A DNA stretch of 64,000 bases from positions 13,374,305 to 13,438,304 of the forward strand of contig NC_068995.1 of the NCBI RefSeq assembly GCF_001194135.2. Reading direction: 5' to 3'. Origin of the DNA: Octopus bimaculoides (lineage: Eukaryota). The notes under the pieces were generated by a model. That model had not been told where the DNA came from and ran no database searches. It was given only the letters and a program-made list of their open reading frames with translations. The translations under genes and the position numbers were made by a program. Numbering within the stretch: position 1 is the stretch's first letter; each line of letters begins with the position of its first letter. Below, piece by piece: positions 36,481 to 49,912 of this stretch.

Positions 36481-38089
36481 TTAGTGTTTTAATATCCTCT
36501 TTTTCATGGTTGCATGGGTTGGACAGAGCTTATCAAGGCAGATTTTCTACTGCCAGATGCCCTTCCTTTCACCAACCCGAACTTGTTTCCAAACAAGATA
36601 ATATTTTCACATGGCCTGGCATGACTTTGCAGAATAATGGAAATGAATGACACTGCTTGTATGACAATGACACTCATTTACAACTATCATGTGAGTGATG
36701 TCAAGACAAGGAAACACAAACATACACACACTCACACACACATATACTGATACACATATATCCATATTAGCACTGAAAATCAAGATCGAATGACCTTTTA
36801 CTTTATTGCTCGANNNNNNNNNNNNNNNNNNNNNNNNNNNNNNNNNNNNNNNNNNNNNNNNNNNNNNNNNNNNNNNNNNNNNNNNNNNNNNNNNNNNNNN
36901 NNNNNNNNNNNNNNNNNNNNNNNNNNNNNNNNNNNNNNNNNNNNNNNNNNNNNNNNNNNNNNNNNNNNNNNNNNNNNNNNNNNNNNNNNNNNNNNNNNNN
37001 NNNNNNNNNNNNNNNNNNNNNNNNNNNNNNNNNNNNNNNNNNNNNNNNNNNNNNNNNNNNNNNNNNNNNNNNNNNNNNNNNNNNNNNNNNNNNNNNNNNN
37101 NNNNNNNNNNNNNNNNNNNNNNNNNNNNNNNNNNNNNNNNNNNNNNNNNNNNNNNNNNNNNNNNNNNNNNNNNNNNNNNNNNNNNNNNNNNNNNNNNNNN
37201 NNNNNNNNNNNNNNNNNNNNNNNNNNNNNNNNNNNNNNNNNNNNNNNNNTCTACAAACAAATTGGGTGGGAGGGATTAGTTTTAAAATATGCAACTTGTA
37301 ATGAAATAAATATTTGTCAAGTTTTTATGGAAGGAGTTGTCATCCTGCCAAAAACCAACAGAAAACAGTAAAACAAAACAAAAAAAGCAACAAAAACAGG
37401 TGGATAATTTAATTTTGTTAATTATAATGATGAATTCTTTTTCTTTTAGTTTTTTATATTGTTTTGCTTTAGTTTTAGTTTGAATGAGTTGGCTGTAGGG
37501 GAAAATTATATGCTTCCAATTATATTAATTAATTACATAAATACCAAACTGACAAATTCGATTTTAGTCTATGGTAGGTAACCTGTTTGTTAATTTTCCA
37601 TTCTGACATGAGTTAGAGTTTATGTAACAAAAGCTTCATTCATTCTTACACACACACACACACACACATATATAGGTGCAGGCGTGGCTGTGTGGTAAGA
37701 AGCTTGCTTCCCATCCATATGGTTCCAAGTTCAGTTCCACTGTGTGGCACCTTGGGCAAGTGTCATCTATAGCCTCGGACTTACCAAAGCCTTGTGAGTG
37801 GATTTGGTAGATGGAAACTGAAAGAAGCCGGATTGTAGGGCGACCTCGGCAGAATTTGAACTCAGAATGTAAAGACAGATGAAATACCACTAAGTATTTT
37901 TGCTTGGTGTGCTAACATTTCTGCCATCTTGCCACCTTCATAAAAAATGAATGTTAAAATGATGATGGTGTTTCCTGATGAAAATAAGTTTCAGAACAGC
38001 TGCTCTTGACAAATTATGATTGAAACATCTCTGATCACAAGCTTTTGCTTTATGCTCCTCCTTGATAGGATTGGGGTCATCCCAAGTTT

Positions 38090-38345
38090 ATGGTCCCAGA
38101 GACATCATCATGTGTAGAGTCGACCAGATCCACCAGTTTTCCATCATTGATGGATCCGTGCCAGCCCCTCTGCAACCTCCAAGCTTCTGGAGATCTTCCC
38201 CAATCACGTCCAGCCATCTGGTGCGAGGCCTGCCATGAGGACTCTTCCAGTTCATGGCTGCTGCGTCAAATGAGAGTAAAGCCCTGGTAGGATGATCTAG
38301 TGGGATACAGAGGGCATGTCCATATAACCACATGCAACAGATAGC
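38090..38345 (-). mobile_element. RTE-clade LINE ORF2 C-terminal fragment (second family)
   Basis: WLYGHALCIPLDHPTRALLSF..WKSPHGRPRTRWLDVIGEDL. Confidence 0.75.
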
Positions 38346-39224
38346 TATGATCATAATCCTGCTCAATTAGAATTGACCTGGTTCTAAATAGTAGCAACAC
38401 AGGACATAGTTAAAGATTTTGTTACAATATTGTTTTACCTGAAATGTTTAAAGTACATTTTCTGTACTGAACTGTTTGTATATAAATAGTTTCTTCTGTT
38501 ATCACAAGGGTAGTTTTTTTTTTTTTTGATTGAATGGAAACGAGTACATGTCATTGCTACTTATCCAATCAACCCTGTGCACTTGTCGCCACTTCTCACT
38601 TCCTAATTAGAATCAGCCAGTTCATTAAGTAATTAACATTCAAAATGGTTGCTCATTTAAGTGTGTGGGCAAAGTGTCTTCTTGATGTTGCAATGTGAAT
38701 GTCCCTGAATGTCAATGACTTCTAATATCCCATGGTGGTCATGGTGACTATGGCACCAGCATTAGGTGAGAGAGATATGTAAATATCTAGTCATTGGTTA
38801 CCTGTGATTTGTTTCTGGTGATGAAAGTGACAAGAGAATGTTGATGCAATTCAAGTGAAACAAATATAACAGGTTTTTGTTGACATTTTTCATCCCAAAA
38901 AGCACAATTTTTGTTTTTTTATAGATTGATGAAAAATGCATGCATTTATACATACACACTTGCCTATGTAGATACATACATACAAACATCATGTACACGC
39001 ACACACACAATGGCTTCAACCCAGCTTCCATATATGACATTCCATTCAAAAGGTATTGGTTAACTCAAGGTTTTAGTAGAAGACGTTTACTCAAATTGCT
39101 ATACGTTGAAATGAAACCTGGAACTATTTATTTGCAAAGTAAACTTCTCCACTGTGGCCATGCCTGCACCAAATTGCAAATAAATTTCCCAGGAAAGATT
39201 TCAAGTTATTAATTCTCTTAGTTG

Positions 39225-39418
39225 TTCATCATCGTTTAAGGTCCGCTTTCCATGCTAGCATGGGTTGAACGATTTGACTGAGGACTGGTGAACCAGATGG
39301 CTACACCAGGCTCCAATCTGATTTGGCAGAGTGTCTACAGCTGGATGTCCTTCCTAACACCAACCACTCCAAGAGTGTAGTGGGTGCTTTTACGTGCCAC
39401 CGGCACGAGGGCCAGTCA
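39225..39418 (-). mobile_element. RTE 3' end (family C)
   Basis: Reverse complement of the 36170-36480 tail. Confidence 0.8.
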
Positions 39419-40611
39419 GTTGCAAGAATCCCAGATTTTACTTCAAATCCAACCTATGTTTTCACACTTCCTGTTAGTCTGAGATCTGCAGTGTCTCTTT
39501 TATCAATGTCTCACATCCCTGGTTTTAGAGCTGTGTAACAGTTACAGGAATCACCCACATTAATGGAAGCATTGTGTTCCTGAAAAATCTTTTCAATAAT
39601 GTGGCATTCTTTAACAAGATATTTCTTCCTATTGGTTTTCTTATAACATAGAAATCAGTGAAAAAAAGGTTTTGCTTTTTGGCAAGATTTTCAGGAATAC
39701 AATATTTCCATTATACAGGGCATGCTTATAATTGCTTTTTAGCTAGGCAGTCAAACAGAGATGGAAACACACTGCTAATTATATTATTGGTAGCTCTATG
39801 TTACAACATTATTTGATATTTTTTTTATGATATTGAATATCTGCTTTTAAGAAGCAATCAAGAGGAAGAAAATTACTTCCTAAGCAATTTCTTTTCAACT
39901 ATTTTTGGTCCACTGCAGAATGAAAACCTCAGTATTTCATTACAAGCTTATCTATACAGGTTGTAGGCCTACCTGTCCATGCTGGTCAATTGCAGATTGG
40001 ACAGAGTGTCTTATGTTAATCTGATTTGCTTGGGTTGTTGGCATCAAGAGAGAATTTGAACTCAAAACACAATATTCCAGAACAAAGACCTCTTTTCTGA
40101 CACACTAACAAACCCGTGAATCTACTGTTATGTGTTTATGTGAGTGTGTGTGTACATGTGTGTATGTATATATATATATATAGATATATATATATACGTT
40201 ACAATGAAGTAGAGAAATTTGAAAAGACAACACGAAACCGGTTATTTCTCCAAAATACAATGTTTATATACCAAAAAGATTTTATAACATTTTTCTGACA
40301 TAATTTAAATATATACTTTAACCATGTAACACAAGCCTTCTGTAGTTTTTTCACTCTTATTATCTTTTATATGTATGTNNNNNNNNNNNNNNNNNNNNNN
40401 NNNNNNNNNNNNNNNNNNNNNNNNNNNNNNNNNNNNNNNNNNNNNNNNNNNNNNNNNNNNNNNNNNNNNNNNNNNNNNNNNNNNNNNNNNNNNNNNNNNN
40501 NNNNNNNNNNNNNNNNNNCACACACACACACACACACACGCGCGTGTGTGTATTATTCATAAACAAGAGTATTATTGACAGTGACTTCAGAGTCTGGGCC
40601 AGTTAAGCCGT

Positions 40612-40999
40612 TCTTTTATTCTTTTATTTGTTTCAGTCATCTGACTGCAGCCATGCTGGAGCACCGCCTTTAGTCGAGCAAATTGACCCCAGGACTTATT
40701 CTTTGTAAGCATAGTACTTATTCTATCGGTCTCTTTTGCCAAACCACTATGTTACGGGGACGTAAACACACCAACATCGTTTGTCTGGTGATGGTGGGGG
40801 GACAAACACAGACACACACACACACATATACATATATATATATACGACAGGCTTCTTTCAGTTTCCATATACTGAATCCACTTACAAGGCTTTAGTTGGC
40901 CCAAGGCTATAGTAGAGGACAAGGTGCCACGCAATGGGGCTGAACCCAGAACCATGTCGTTGGTAAGCAAGCTACTTACCATACAGCCACTCCTGCGCC
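40612..40999 (-). mobile_element. SINE family A, full length
   Basis: Complete minus-strand structure; an older + copy follows at 41033-41345. Confidence 0.85.
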
Positions 41000-41000
41000 T

Positions 41001-41034
<34 letters not shown>

Positions 41035-42451
41035 AGTGTGGGGTTAGGAAGGTTGTATTGTGATCACACGGTTTTGAGTTCAATCCCACTGCATGGCACC
41101 TTGAGCAAGTTTCTTCTACTATTGCCCCAGACCAACCAATGCATTGTAAGTGAATATGGTAGCCAGAAACTGAAAGGAAGTTTATTGTGTTTGTCTCTAC
41201 TACTTGCTTGACAACCAATGTTGGTTTGTTTATGTCCCACATAATTTAGTGGTTAGGCAAAAGAAACCATTAGAATAAGTACTGGGGTCAATTTGTTTGA
41301 CTAAATCTTACAGAGTGGTGCCCCAGCATGGCCAAAGTCCATATAAAAGAGAAAGAGGAGAATCAGTCTGAGCAGAGGATTAGTAATTTATTTAATAACC
41401 CCAAAAGGGTGACAGGCTAAGATGACTTTAAATTCAGAGCACAGGGACCTGAAACAAAAACCATAAGGCATTCTATCCATTTCTGTAATAATTCTATTAC
41501 TTTGTTACCTCCTGAGCAGTTCATAACTGGAAGTTATTTTAGAAAGACAGCCTAAGAATTTTTAGAATTACTTTGGGTAAATATACCAATTTAGTGTGGA
41601 ATTTGGAAAAATTGTTCAGCAAAATGGAAGAGAGTTGAGATGGTAATGTATATAGATAAGAGTTCATGTTCCAAAACTTTGAAATGTCAAGTGCTGTAGT
41701 ACACAGACTTTTCGTACAAGCTATAGATATGTTAGCGTTAACATATTTTATATAGTGAGTATTTTGAAATCTAATTATTCTCATAAAAATCAGCTGACAA
41801 GTTAGGAAGGGGAAAAAAAATGTTATTAGCTAGGATGTTGGTAGTAGCATTTTATGAAAATGTTGTCGGAAAGAATTTTGTAAATCCCAAGAATAAAAAA
41901 ATATATATATATTTTTTTTTTTTTAATCTCTTGGCACACTGCTACAATGTTTCTGAGTTAATTACCACCACTGACAGCAGCAGCATTTTAGACATCATTA
42001 TCATGTCATCATCATTATCATCAACACAACCTCATAATTGAGAAATTTGGCTACTGTTTCTAGCAAGTTCAGCAGTAGTTCCCTCATTGGTCCAAGTGTT
42101 ACTATGCAGCATAATGTTGTGTAATATTTGTAGTATGATCTAGTGTTGCTTGTTAAACTTTACTCTCTTCCCAATAAATAAGCCTTACCTATCCTCAATT
42201 TTCTTATTAACAGATATTTGCTAACATAAACCATAAGCTGTTTTCTCAGATTCTAAATGCTATCCTATAGGCACTGGCGTGGCTGTGTGTAGTAAGAAGC
42301 TAGCTTCTCAACTACATGGTCCAGGATTCAGTCCCATTGTGTGGCACTTTGAGCAAGTGTCTTCTACTATAGCCTAGGAAAAAAACCCAAACCTTGTGAG
42401 TGGATTGCGTAACTGGAAACAGAAAGAAGCCCATCATTTATATATATATAT

Positions 42452-42675
42452 CATCATCATCATCATTTAACGTCCGCTTTCTATGCTAGCATGGGTTGGA
42501 CGATTTGACTGAGGACTGGTGAAACCGGATGGCAACACCAGGCTCCAATCTAAATTTGGCAGAGTTTCTACAGCTGGATGCCCTTCCTAACGCCAACCAC
42601 TCAGAGAGTGTAGTAGGTGCTTTTACGTGTCACCTGCACGAAGGCCAGTCAGGCGATACTGGCAACGGCCACGCT
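42452..42675 (-). mobile_element. RTE 3' end (family C), runs into gap
   Basis: Same tail motifs; a family A 5' half precedes it at 42269-42432. Confidence 0.8.
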
Positions 42676-43456
42676 NNNNNNNNNNNNNNNNNNNNNNNNN
42701 NNNNNNNNNNNNNNNNNNNNNNNNNNNNNNNNNNNNNNNNNNNNNNNNNNNNNNNNNNNNNNNNNNNNNNNNNNNNNNNNNNNNNNNNNNNNNNNNNNNN
42801 NNNNNNNNNNNNNNNNNNNNNNNNNNNNNNNNNNNNNNNNNNNNNNNNNNNNNNNNNNNNNNNNNNNNNNNNNNNNNNNNNNNNNNNNNNNNNNNNNNNN
42901 NNNNNNNNNNNNNNNNNNNNNNNNNNNNNNNNNNNNNNNNNNNNNNNNNNNNNNNNNNNNNNNNNNNNNNNNNNNNNNNNNNNNNNNNNNNNNNNNNNNN
43001 NNNNNNNNNNNNNNNNNNNNNNNNNNNNNNNNNNNNNNNNNNNNNNNNNNNNNNNNNNNNNNNNNNNNNNNNNNNNNNNNNNNNNNNNNNNNNNNNNNNN
43101 NNNNNNNNNNNNNNNNNNNNNNNNNNNNNNNNNNNNNNNNNNNNNNNNNNNNNNNNNNNNNNNNNNNNNNNNNNNNNNNNNNNNNNNNNNNNNNNNNNNN
43201 NNNNNNNNNNNNNNNNNNNNNNNNNNNNNNNNNNNNNNNNNNNNNNNNNNNNNNNNNNNNNNNNNNNNNNNNNNNNNNNNNNNNNNNNNNNNNNNNNNNN
43301 NNNNNNNNNNNNNNNNNNNNNNNNNNNNNNNNNNNNNNNNNNNNNNNNNNNNNNNNNNNNNNNNNNNNNNNNNNNNNNNNNNNNNNNNNNNNNNNNNNNN
43401 NNNNNNNNNNNNNNNNNNNNNNNNNNNNNNNNNNNNNNNNNNNNNNNNNNNNNNNN

Positions 43457-43795
43457 ATAGGATCGGGGTTTCAATTCCCAGACCGGGCGTTGTGAGTGTT
43501 TATTGAGCGAAAGCACCTAAAGCTCCACAAGGCTCCGGCAGGGGATGGTGGCAAACCCTGCTGTACTCTTTCACCACAACTTTCTCTCACTCTTTCTTCC
43601 TGATTCTGTTGTGCCTGTATTTCAAAGGGCCAGCCTTGTCACACTGTGTCATGCTGAATATCCCCGAGAACTACGTTAAGGGTACACGTGTCTGTGGAGT
43701 GCTCAGCCACTTGCACGTTAATTTCATGAACAGGCTGTTCCGTTGATCGGATCAACTGGAACCCTTGACATTGTAGGCGACGGAGTGCCAACAAT
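43457..43795 (+). mobile_element. SINE family B (head in gap)
   Basis: Body and tail match 16826-17211. Confidence 0.85.
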
Positions 43796-44146
43796 ACAAT
43801 ACAATACACTGGTGTAATAATGCACAGCACTAACTATGAGAAATGAACTTCTAGAAAACTTTTATCTCATGTTTTATATGCACTGATGTTCTTTCTCTCT
43901 CTTTCATTTTTTTGTAGTACTATGACGACTAGTAAAAAAAGGAGTTCTGTCAGATTTGTTTCATTTTATTAATTTTTTTTATTTTATAATTACTGTATAA
44001 AATACATTAAAAAAGTTGGAGAAGTTCACAAATAGTGAACAAAATAGAAAACAAACTGGGATGCAACCCTTGAACTTTACTAGTGTAAAGTCAACACCTG
44101 CTGCCAAGCTAATATTGTAGAAATCACATGATCATGTGGGTGGGTA

Positions 44147-44179
<33 letters not shown>

Positions 44180-44552
44180 TTCTAGGAAGTCAATTTGATT
44201 ATGATAATGATCAAGTATTTAAATAAATTTATATTGAATTTTGCTATTCAGATCCTACAGTGAGGCACATATGGGTGTGTTGTCATTGGGAAATAAAGTA
44301 CTTAACATTTAAGCATGGGTTGTTAAAACTCTTCTAATGTTTTTATGGTGTTTTTTTTTTCTTTTGAACAACAGACATTTAGGATCTGTCAGTGTTTGTA
44401 ATATATATATATGAAGAACATTGCTTTTAATTATGTAATGCATATGATTTAATATGATATTAAAATAATTTTAATAAAATAAGGTCATATTTTTATATAA
44501 TTTGTGTGCACATGTCTATGTGTGTGTGTATAAATGAATTCTGTAAACTCTC

Positions 44553-44936
44553 TCTCTTTTACTTGTTTCAGTCATTTGACTGTGGCCATGCTGGAGCACT
44601 GCCTTTAGTCGAGCAAATCGACCCCAGGACTTATTTTTTGTAAGCCGAGTACTTATTCTATCGGTCTCTTTTGCCAAACCACTAAGTTACGGGGACGTAA
44701 ACACATCAGCATCGGTTGTCAAGCGATGTTGGGGGGACAAACACAAACATATACATACACATACATATATATATACGACGGGCTTCTTTCAGTTTCCATC
44801 TACCAAATCCACTCACATGGCTTTGGTCGGCCCGAGGCTATAGTAGAAGACACTTGCCCAAGGTGCCACGTAGTGGGAATGAACCCGGAACCATGTGGTT
44901 GGTAAGCAAGCTACTTACCACACAGCCACTCCTGCA
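44553..44936 (-). mobile_element. SINE family A, full length
   Basis: Complete, low-divergence minus-strand copy. Confidence 0.9.
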
Positions 44937-45512
44937 GCGTGTATATCTGTTTAATTTGTTTTCCGTGAATGCCTCATAATGTACTCTTAAAAGCTCCCGT
45001 CAGCTACCGCCTGTCACTCATTTTCCTGTATAATTTAATGGAATGGTTTCACAAATTATTATTATTATCATATAAATATGTGTGTGAGTATAATATACAT
45101 ACATATTGTTAAGAAGTTGCAAAGTGACTCAAGAGACATGAGTTTTGTGTACGACTCTTACCAAATTGCCAGTGCATGAAACTCTCAGCCTTTGAGTCAC
45201 TCCGTAATTTCTGCCAAGTAGATTATATATATATATTAAACGATTGTAACAATATATTGACTGGATCGTCACAGCTGGAACACCACTTGGTGTTATTACG
45301 TACTATAGCAGGTTATTAAAACACATTTTTAGTTTATGTTCTGGTAGTAGCATACACACCCACATCCATACACCCACGCACACCCATATACACACACGTG
45401 CACACACACACGCATAAATATATTGATAGAAAGGACAACAAAAGAAAGAAAGAGACCATGATATTATGTAAATAGAGGAATTTATCTGTAAAAATATGTG
45501 ACACTTATTTTT

Positions 45513-45551
<39 letters not shown>

Positions 45552-46675
45552 TATTTATANNNNNNNNNNNNNNNNNNNNNNNNNNNNNNNNNNNNNNNNN
45601 NNNNNNNNNNNNNNNNNNNNNNNNNNNNNNNNNNNNNNNNNNNNNNNNNNNNNNNNNNNNNNNNNNNNNNNNNNNNNNNNNNNNNNNNNNNNNNNNNNNN
45701 NNNNNNNNNNNNNNNNNNNNNNNNNNNNNNNNNNNNNNNNNNNNNNNNNNNNNNNNNNNNNNNNNNNNNNNNNNNNNNNNNNNNNNNNNNNNNNNNNNNN
45801 NNNNNNNNNNNNNNNNNNNNNNNNNNNNNNNNNNNNNNNNNNNNNNNNNNNNNNNNNNNNNNNNNNNNNNNNNNNNNNNNNNNNNNNNNNNNNNNNNNNN
45901 NNNNNNNNNNNNNNNNNNNNNNNNNNNNNNNNNNNNNNNNNNNNNNNNNNNNNNNNNNNNNNNNNNNNNNNNNNNNNNNNNNNNNNNNNNNNNNNNNNNN
46001 NNNNNNNNNNNNNNNNNNNNNNNNNNNNNNNNNNNNNNNNNNNNNNNNNNNNNNNNNNNNNNNNNNNNNNNNNNNNNNNNNNNNNNNNNNNNNNNNNNNN
46101 NNNNNNNNNNNNNNNNNNNNNNNNNNNNNNNNNNNNNNNNNNNNNNNNNNNNNNNNNNNNNNNNNNNNNNNNNNNNNNNNNNNNNNNNNNNNNNNNNNNN
46201 NNNNNNNNNNNNNNNNNNNNNNNNNNNNNNNNNNNNNNNNNNNNNNNNNNNNNNNNNNNNNNNNNNNNNNNNNNNNNNNNNNNNNNNNNNNNNNNNNNNN
46301 NNNNNNNNNNNNNNNNNNNNNNNNNNNNNNNNNNNNNNNNNAAACTACAAAGCAGCTTATGAACAGCGACTTGGGATATTCTGTTCTTTAGCTATTTCTG
46401 TATCAGCTTTATATTTTACTACTAAATAGTAAAATGACTATAATCAATACAATCTCTCTCATGGGCACACTCATGAAATATAATAGACGTGTATTGTATT
46501 CATCATAATTTTAATGTTCACTTTTCTATACTTGCCTGAGTTTATTGACACAATATTTTCCTATAGCCAAACATCTTCAAGCTGAATAATGGAAAAGGAT
46601 AATTTTCATTTATGAAATTATTTGATGTCAAGGCAAGGAGATGCAAATGTACTCACATTCGGACATACATATATT

Positions 46676-46900
46676 TATGAAGGGGAAGGATGAAAAGGTC
46701 CTGGCTTTGGGTAAAAGATAATACAGGAGTTTTATCAGTTAATTAGGATTTTATTCAATGTATTCCCCTCTCAGATTCACACACCTATTGCAGCGGTCCT
46801 TCAGTTTTTCTAAACCCTGTAAAAGGAACAAAGAAGGTTGGGTCTCCAACCAAGTCTTTCATGATACCCTTAAAGGCAGGAACTTTTCAGTACACACTAA
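46676..46900. mobile_element. Mariner-like MITE (family H), copy 1
   Basis: TIR ..gaaaaggtcctggcttt / aaaggcaggaacttttcag; TA context. Confidence 0.7.
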
Positions 46901-46962
46901 TATATATATATACATACATACATATATAAACATACATACATATATATATACACACACATACA

Positions 46963-47184
46963 TACAAAAGTGGGGTTAAGTTCCTGGCTTTAGGTAAAGG
47001 AAAACACTGGAATTATATCAGTTAATTAGGATTTTATTCAACATATTCCCCTCTCAGATTCACACACTTATTGCAGTGGTCCTTCAGTTTTTCCAAGCCC
47101 TCCAAGAGAATTAGGAAGTTTGGGACTCCGACCAAGCCTTTCATGATACCCTTAAAATCAGAAACTTTTCAGCAGCCCCTCATA
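46963..47184. mobile_element. Mariner-like MITE (family H), copy 2
   Basis: Same internal sequence as copy 1; ends aacttttcagcagcccctcata. Confidence 0.7.
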
Positions 47185-47427
47185 TATGTATATGCATAAC
47201 TGAAAGGTTCCATTTTCCAGTACTCAGAATTACTTATTTCTGAACATCAGCTGGTAAACCAAGCCTCATTTTATTTATAATCTATTAAAGAATTCTTTAC
47301 ATTTAGGTACAGGCGTGGCTGTGTGGTAAGAAGCTTACTTCTCAACCACATGGTTCCGGGTTCAGTCCTACTGCATGGCACCTTGAGTAAGTGTTCTACT
47401 AGAGCCTCGAGTGTGGATTTGGTAGAT

Positions 47428-47620
47428 TGCAGCCCTCCTGTGAAATCCAGCTTGTGCAGCTCCCGGCAAACAGTTTTTGTGGAAACTGGGTTCTCGAGGT
47501 GGTCATTAAGCTCTGCAGTAATTTGGGGAGCTGTACTTTTGTGATCCTTTCTAATAATTCATGTAAGAGTCCGACAATCCCTATCGGAAAGTTTTGGTTT
47601 TCTTCCAGAGTTTTGTTTCA
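47428..47620 (-). pseudogene. Tc1 transposase DNA-binding-domain fragment
   Basis: KQNSGRKPKLSDRDCRTLT*IIRKDHKSTAPQITAELNDHLENPVSTKTVCRELH(fs)AGFHRRAAI; one stop codon and one frameshift. Confidence 0.85.
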
Positions 47621-47702
47621 ATGAGGAGGTTTTTCCCTCTTTCTCAAAGGCTGTCATTACTTTCAAGACAGTTCTTCTTGTACTGAAAATAATTGGAGAC
47701 CT

Positions 47703-48009
47703 TTAGCACAGTATGGGGACAGTGCACTACCGCATAGAGGTGTGTATGAGTGGATCAAGAAGTTTAAAAGAGGCTGGTGAAGCATGAAGCATGAAAATTC
47801 AGCAAGCTCGAGAGATGGTAATGGTGAACCACTTCACCATTACCATCTCTCAGATCCCTGCTTTTTGTTCTTTTTCGGTGCACATTGCTAGTGGAGCAGC
47901 CATACTTACACTGTAAAGTGAGAAAGAAAAATAGCACAATTGGGCTCAAACTTCAATCTCGTGACCTCAATAGTACCAACTATCAGGAACTTTTCAACAC
48001 CCCTTCGTG
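47703..48009 (+). pseudogene. Internally deleted mariner element: N-terminal HTH fragment plus right TIR
   Basis: LAQYGDSALPHRGVYEWIKKFKRG (47703-47774); TIR caggaacttttcaacaccccttcgtg (47984-48009) matches family H ends. Confidence 0.75.
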
Positions 48010-48217
48010 TTACAGCATAATGTTATTTGAGGTAGATTTGGCTATCATTTCCATCAAGTCTAGCTAACAGCACTAAATGAATGAATTTCACATGTAGTCA
48101 TCATCATCATCATTGTTTAACATCTGCCTTCCATGCTAGAATTCGTTATAATATATGCTAAGTAATATAATTCAGTTTTCTAATTTACTGTAACTTTCTT
48201 TTCTTCTTCCATTTCAG

Positions 48218-48266
48218 CCAAAAGATTTTGTGAGCCTAAGCATGAGAGACGGCCATGGAAAATATG
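48218..48266 (+). CDS. STIMATE: STIMATE/TMEM110 coding exon 3, 49 nt (AKRFCEPKHERRPWKIW)
   Basis: Acceptor ctttcttttcttcttccatttcag|, donor TG|GTAATT, phases 1 and 2. Matches human LKRFREPKHERRPWRIW. Confidence 0.95.
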
Positions 48267-48337
48267 GTAATTATCTGATGATTGAGATTTTTGTTATTAC
48301 TTTAGAATGAGGGGCTAAGTACCTTTGTTTTTATCTA

Positions 48338-48730
48338 AGTGCAGGTGTGGTTCTGCAGTAAGGAGTTTGCTTCCAAACCACATGGTTCCAGCTTCATTCC
48401 CACTGCATGACACCTTGGGCAGGTGTCTTCTACTATAGCCTCAGGCTGACCAAAGCCTTGTGAGTGGATTTGGTAGACAGAAACAGAAAGAAGCCTGTCA
48501 TGTGTGTGTGTGTGTCTTTGCCTCTGTGTTTGTCCCCCATCACCATCTGACAACCAGTGTAGGTGTATTTATGTCCCCATAACTTAGCAGTTCAGCAAAC
48601 GAGAGATGATAGAATAAGTACCAGGCTTTAAAGAAAAATAAGTACCGAGATCATTTTGTTTGACTGAAATCCTTCAAGGAGATGCCCCAGCATGGCCACA
48701 ATCTAATGACACACAAATGAAAGATAAAAG
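48338..48730 (+). mobile_element. SINE family A, starting about 70 nt after exon 3
   Basis: Full structure, moderately diverged. Confidence 0.8.
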
Positions 48731-48824
48731 ATCTATGTCTATTTACTGTCACCAGAATCAACTTTGCTTTGCATTCTTCTAGATCTGATGAAATAAATAC
48801 CTGCCATATACTGGGGTCAATTCT

Positions 48825-49054
48825 TATTTCTTTATTGCCCATAAGGGACTAAACATAGAGGAGACAAACAAAGATAGACAAAGGGATTAAGTCAATTACA
48901 TCGACCCCAGTGCATAACTGGTATTTAATTTATTGACCCTGAAAGGATGAAAAGCAAAGTCGACCTCAGCAGAATTTGAACTCACAACGTAACCGCAGAC
49001 GAAATACTGCTAAGCATTTCGTCCGGCGTGCTAACGTTTCTGCCAGCTTGCTGC
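48825..49054 (-). mobile_element. SINE family D nested in an older + strand family D copy
   Basis: 16-bp TSD tactggggtcaattct (48809-48824, 49055-49070). Confidence 0.85.
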
Positions 49055-49551
49055 TACTGGGGTCAATTCTGTCAACTGTATCCTTTCCTTCCACATTTGT
49101 GGCATTGAATTGATGAGAAATCATATCATTTTTGGTATTTGATTATGACCATTTACATTTAAAGTTCAACTCTCTTGCCAGGGTCAACTTTACCGTACAC
49201 CTCTCTGGGGTTAATAAAATAAAGTGTCAATGTTAAAAATTATTATTATTTTTACTGTTTGTATTGTTGTTCCAAAGTCAATAAGTANNNNNNNNNNNNN
49301 NNNNNNNNNNNNNNNNNNNNNNNNNNNNNNNNNNNNNNNNNNNNNNNNNNNNNNNNNNNNNNNNNNNNNNNNNNNNNNNNNNNNNNNNNNNNNNNNNNNN
49401 NNNNNNNNNNNNNNNNNNNNNNNATATATATATATATATATATATATGTGTGGTGGGGGGAATAAGTTCAAAAGAGAACAAGTCAAACTTTTTGAGAGGT
49501 CCAAAAAGAGAGAAAGAATGATTTCTAATAAAGATTTAATCCTTTTTTGTA

Positions 49552-49780
49552 TTAACTCTTTCATTACTGTATTTATTTTGAGATGCTACGTGTTTCTCTC
49601 AATTATTTTAGATGTAACAAAGAAGTTAGTAAAATAACTTAATTATCATTAAGCTAGTGTTAGGAACATAAATTGTGACTAAGGTTTGGTGGAGAATTTT
49701 AATTCAAAACTTATGAAAACAAGACATTTGTACTACAGAGCCAGAGCCGGTTTCAGCCGGGTTGGTAACAAAAGGATTAA
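49552..49780. mobile_element. piggyBac-like MITE, F-related subfamily
   Basis: TTAA ends; matches 17986-18215. Confidence 0.75.
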
Positions 49781-49912
49781 ATCTAATTTTGATTCGACAT
49801 TTTTTTTCTCCTCCATTTTTCTATAATTGTTTATGGTATTCTTATACCTATAACGATATTTTTACACACACATACATATATGCATTTATATACACACACA
49901 CACACTCACACA

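Larger units (their letters stand above)
3894..48217 (+). other. 44,324-nt intron 2 of STIMATE
   Basis: GT..AG boundaries; the flanking exons join in frame into a contiguous TMEM110-like peptide. Confidence 0.88.
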
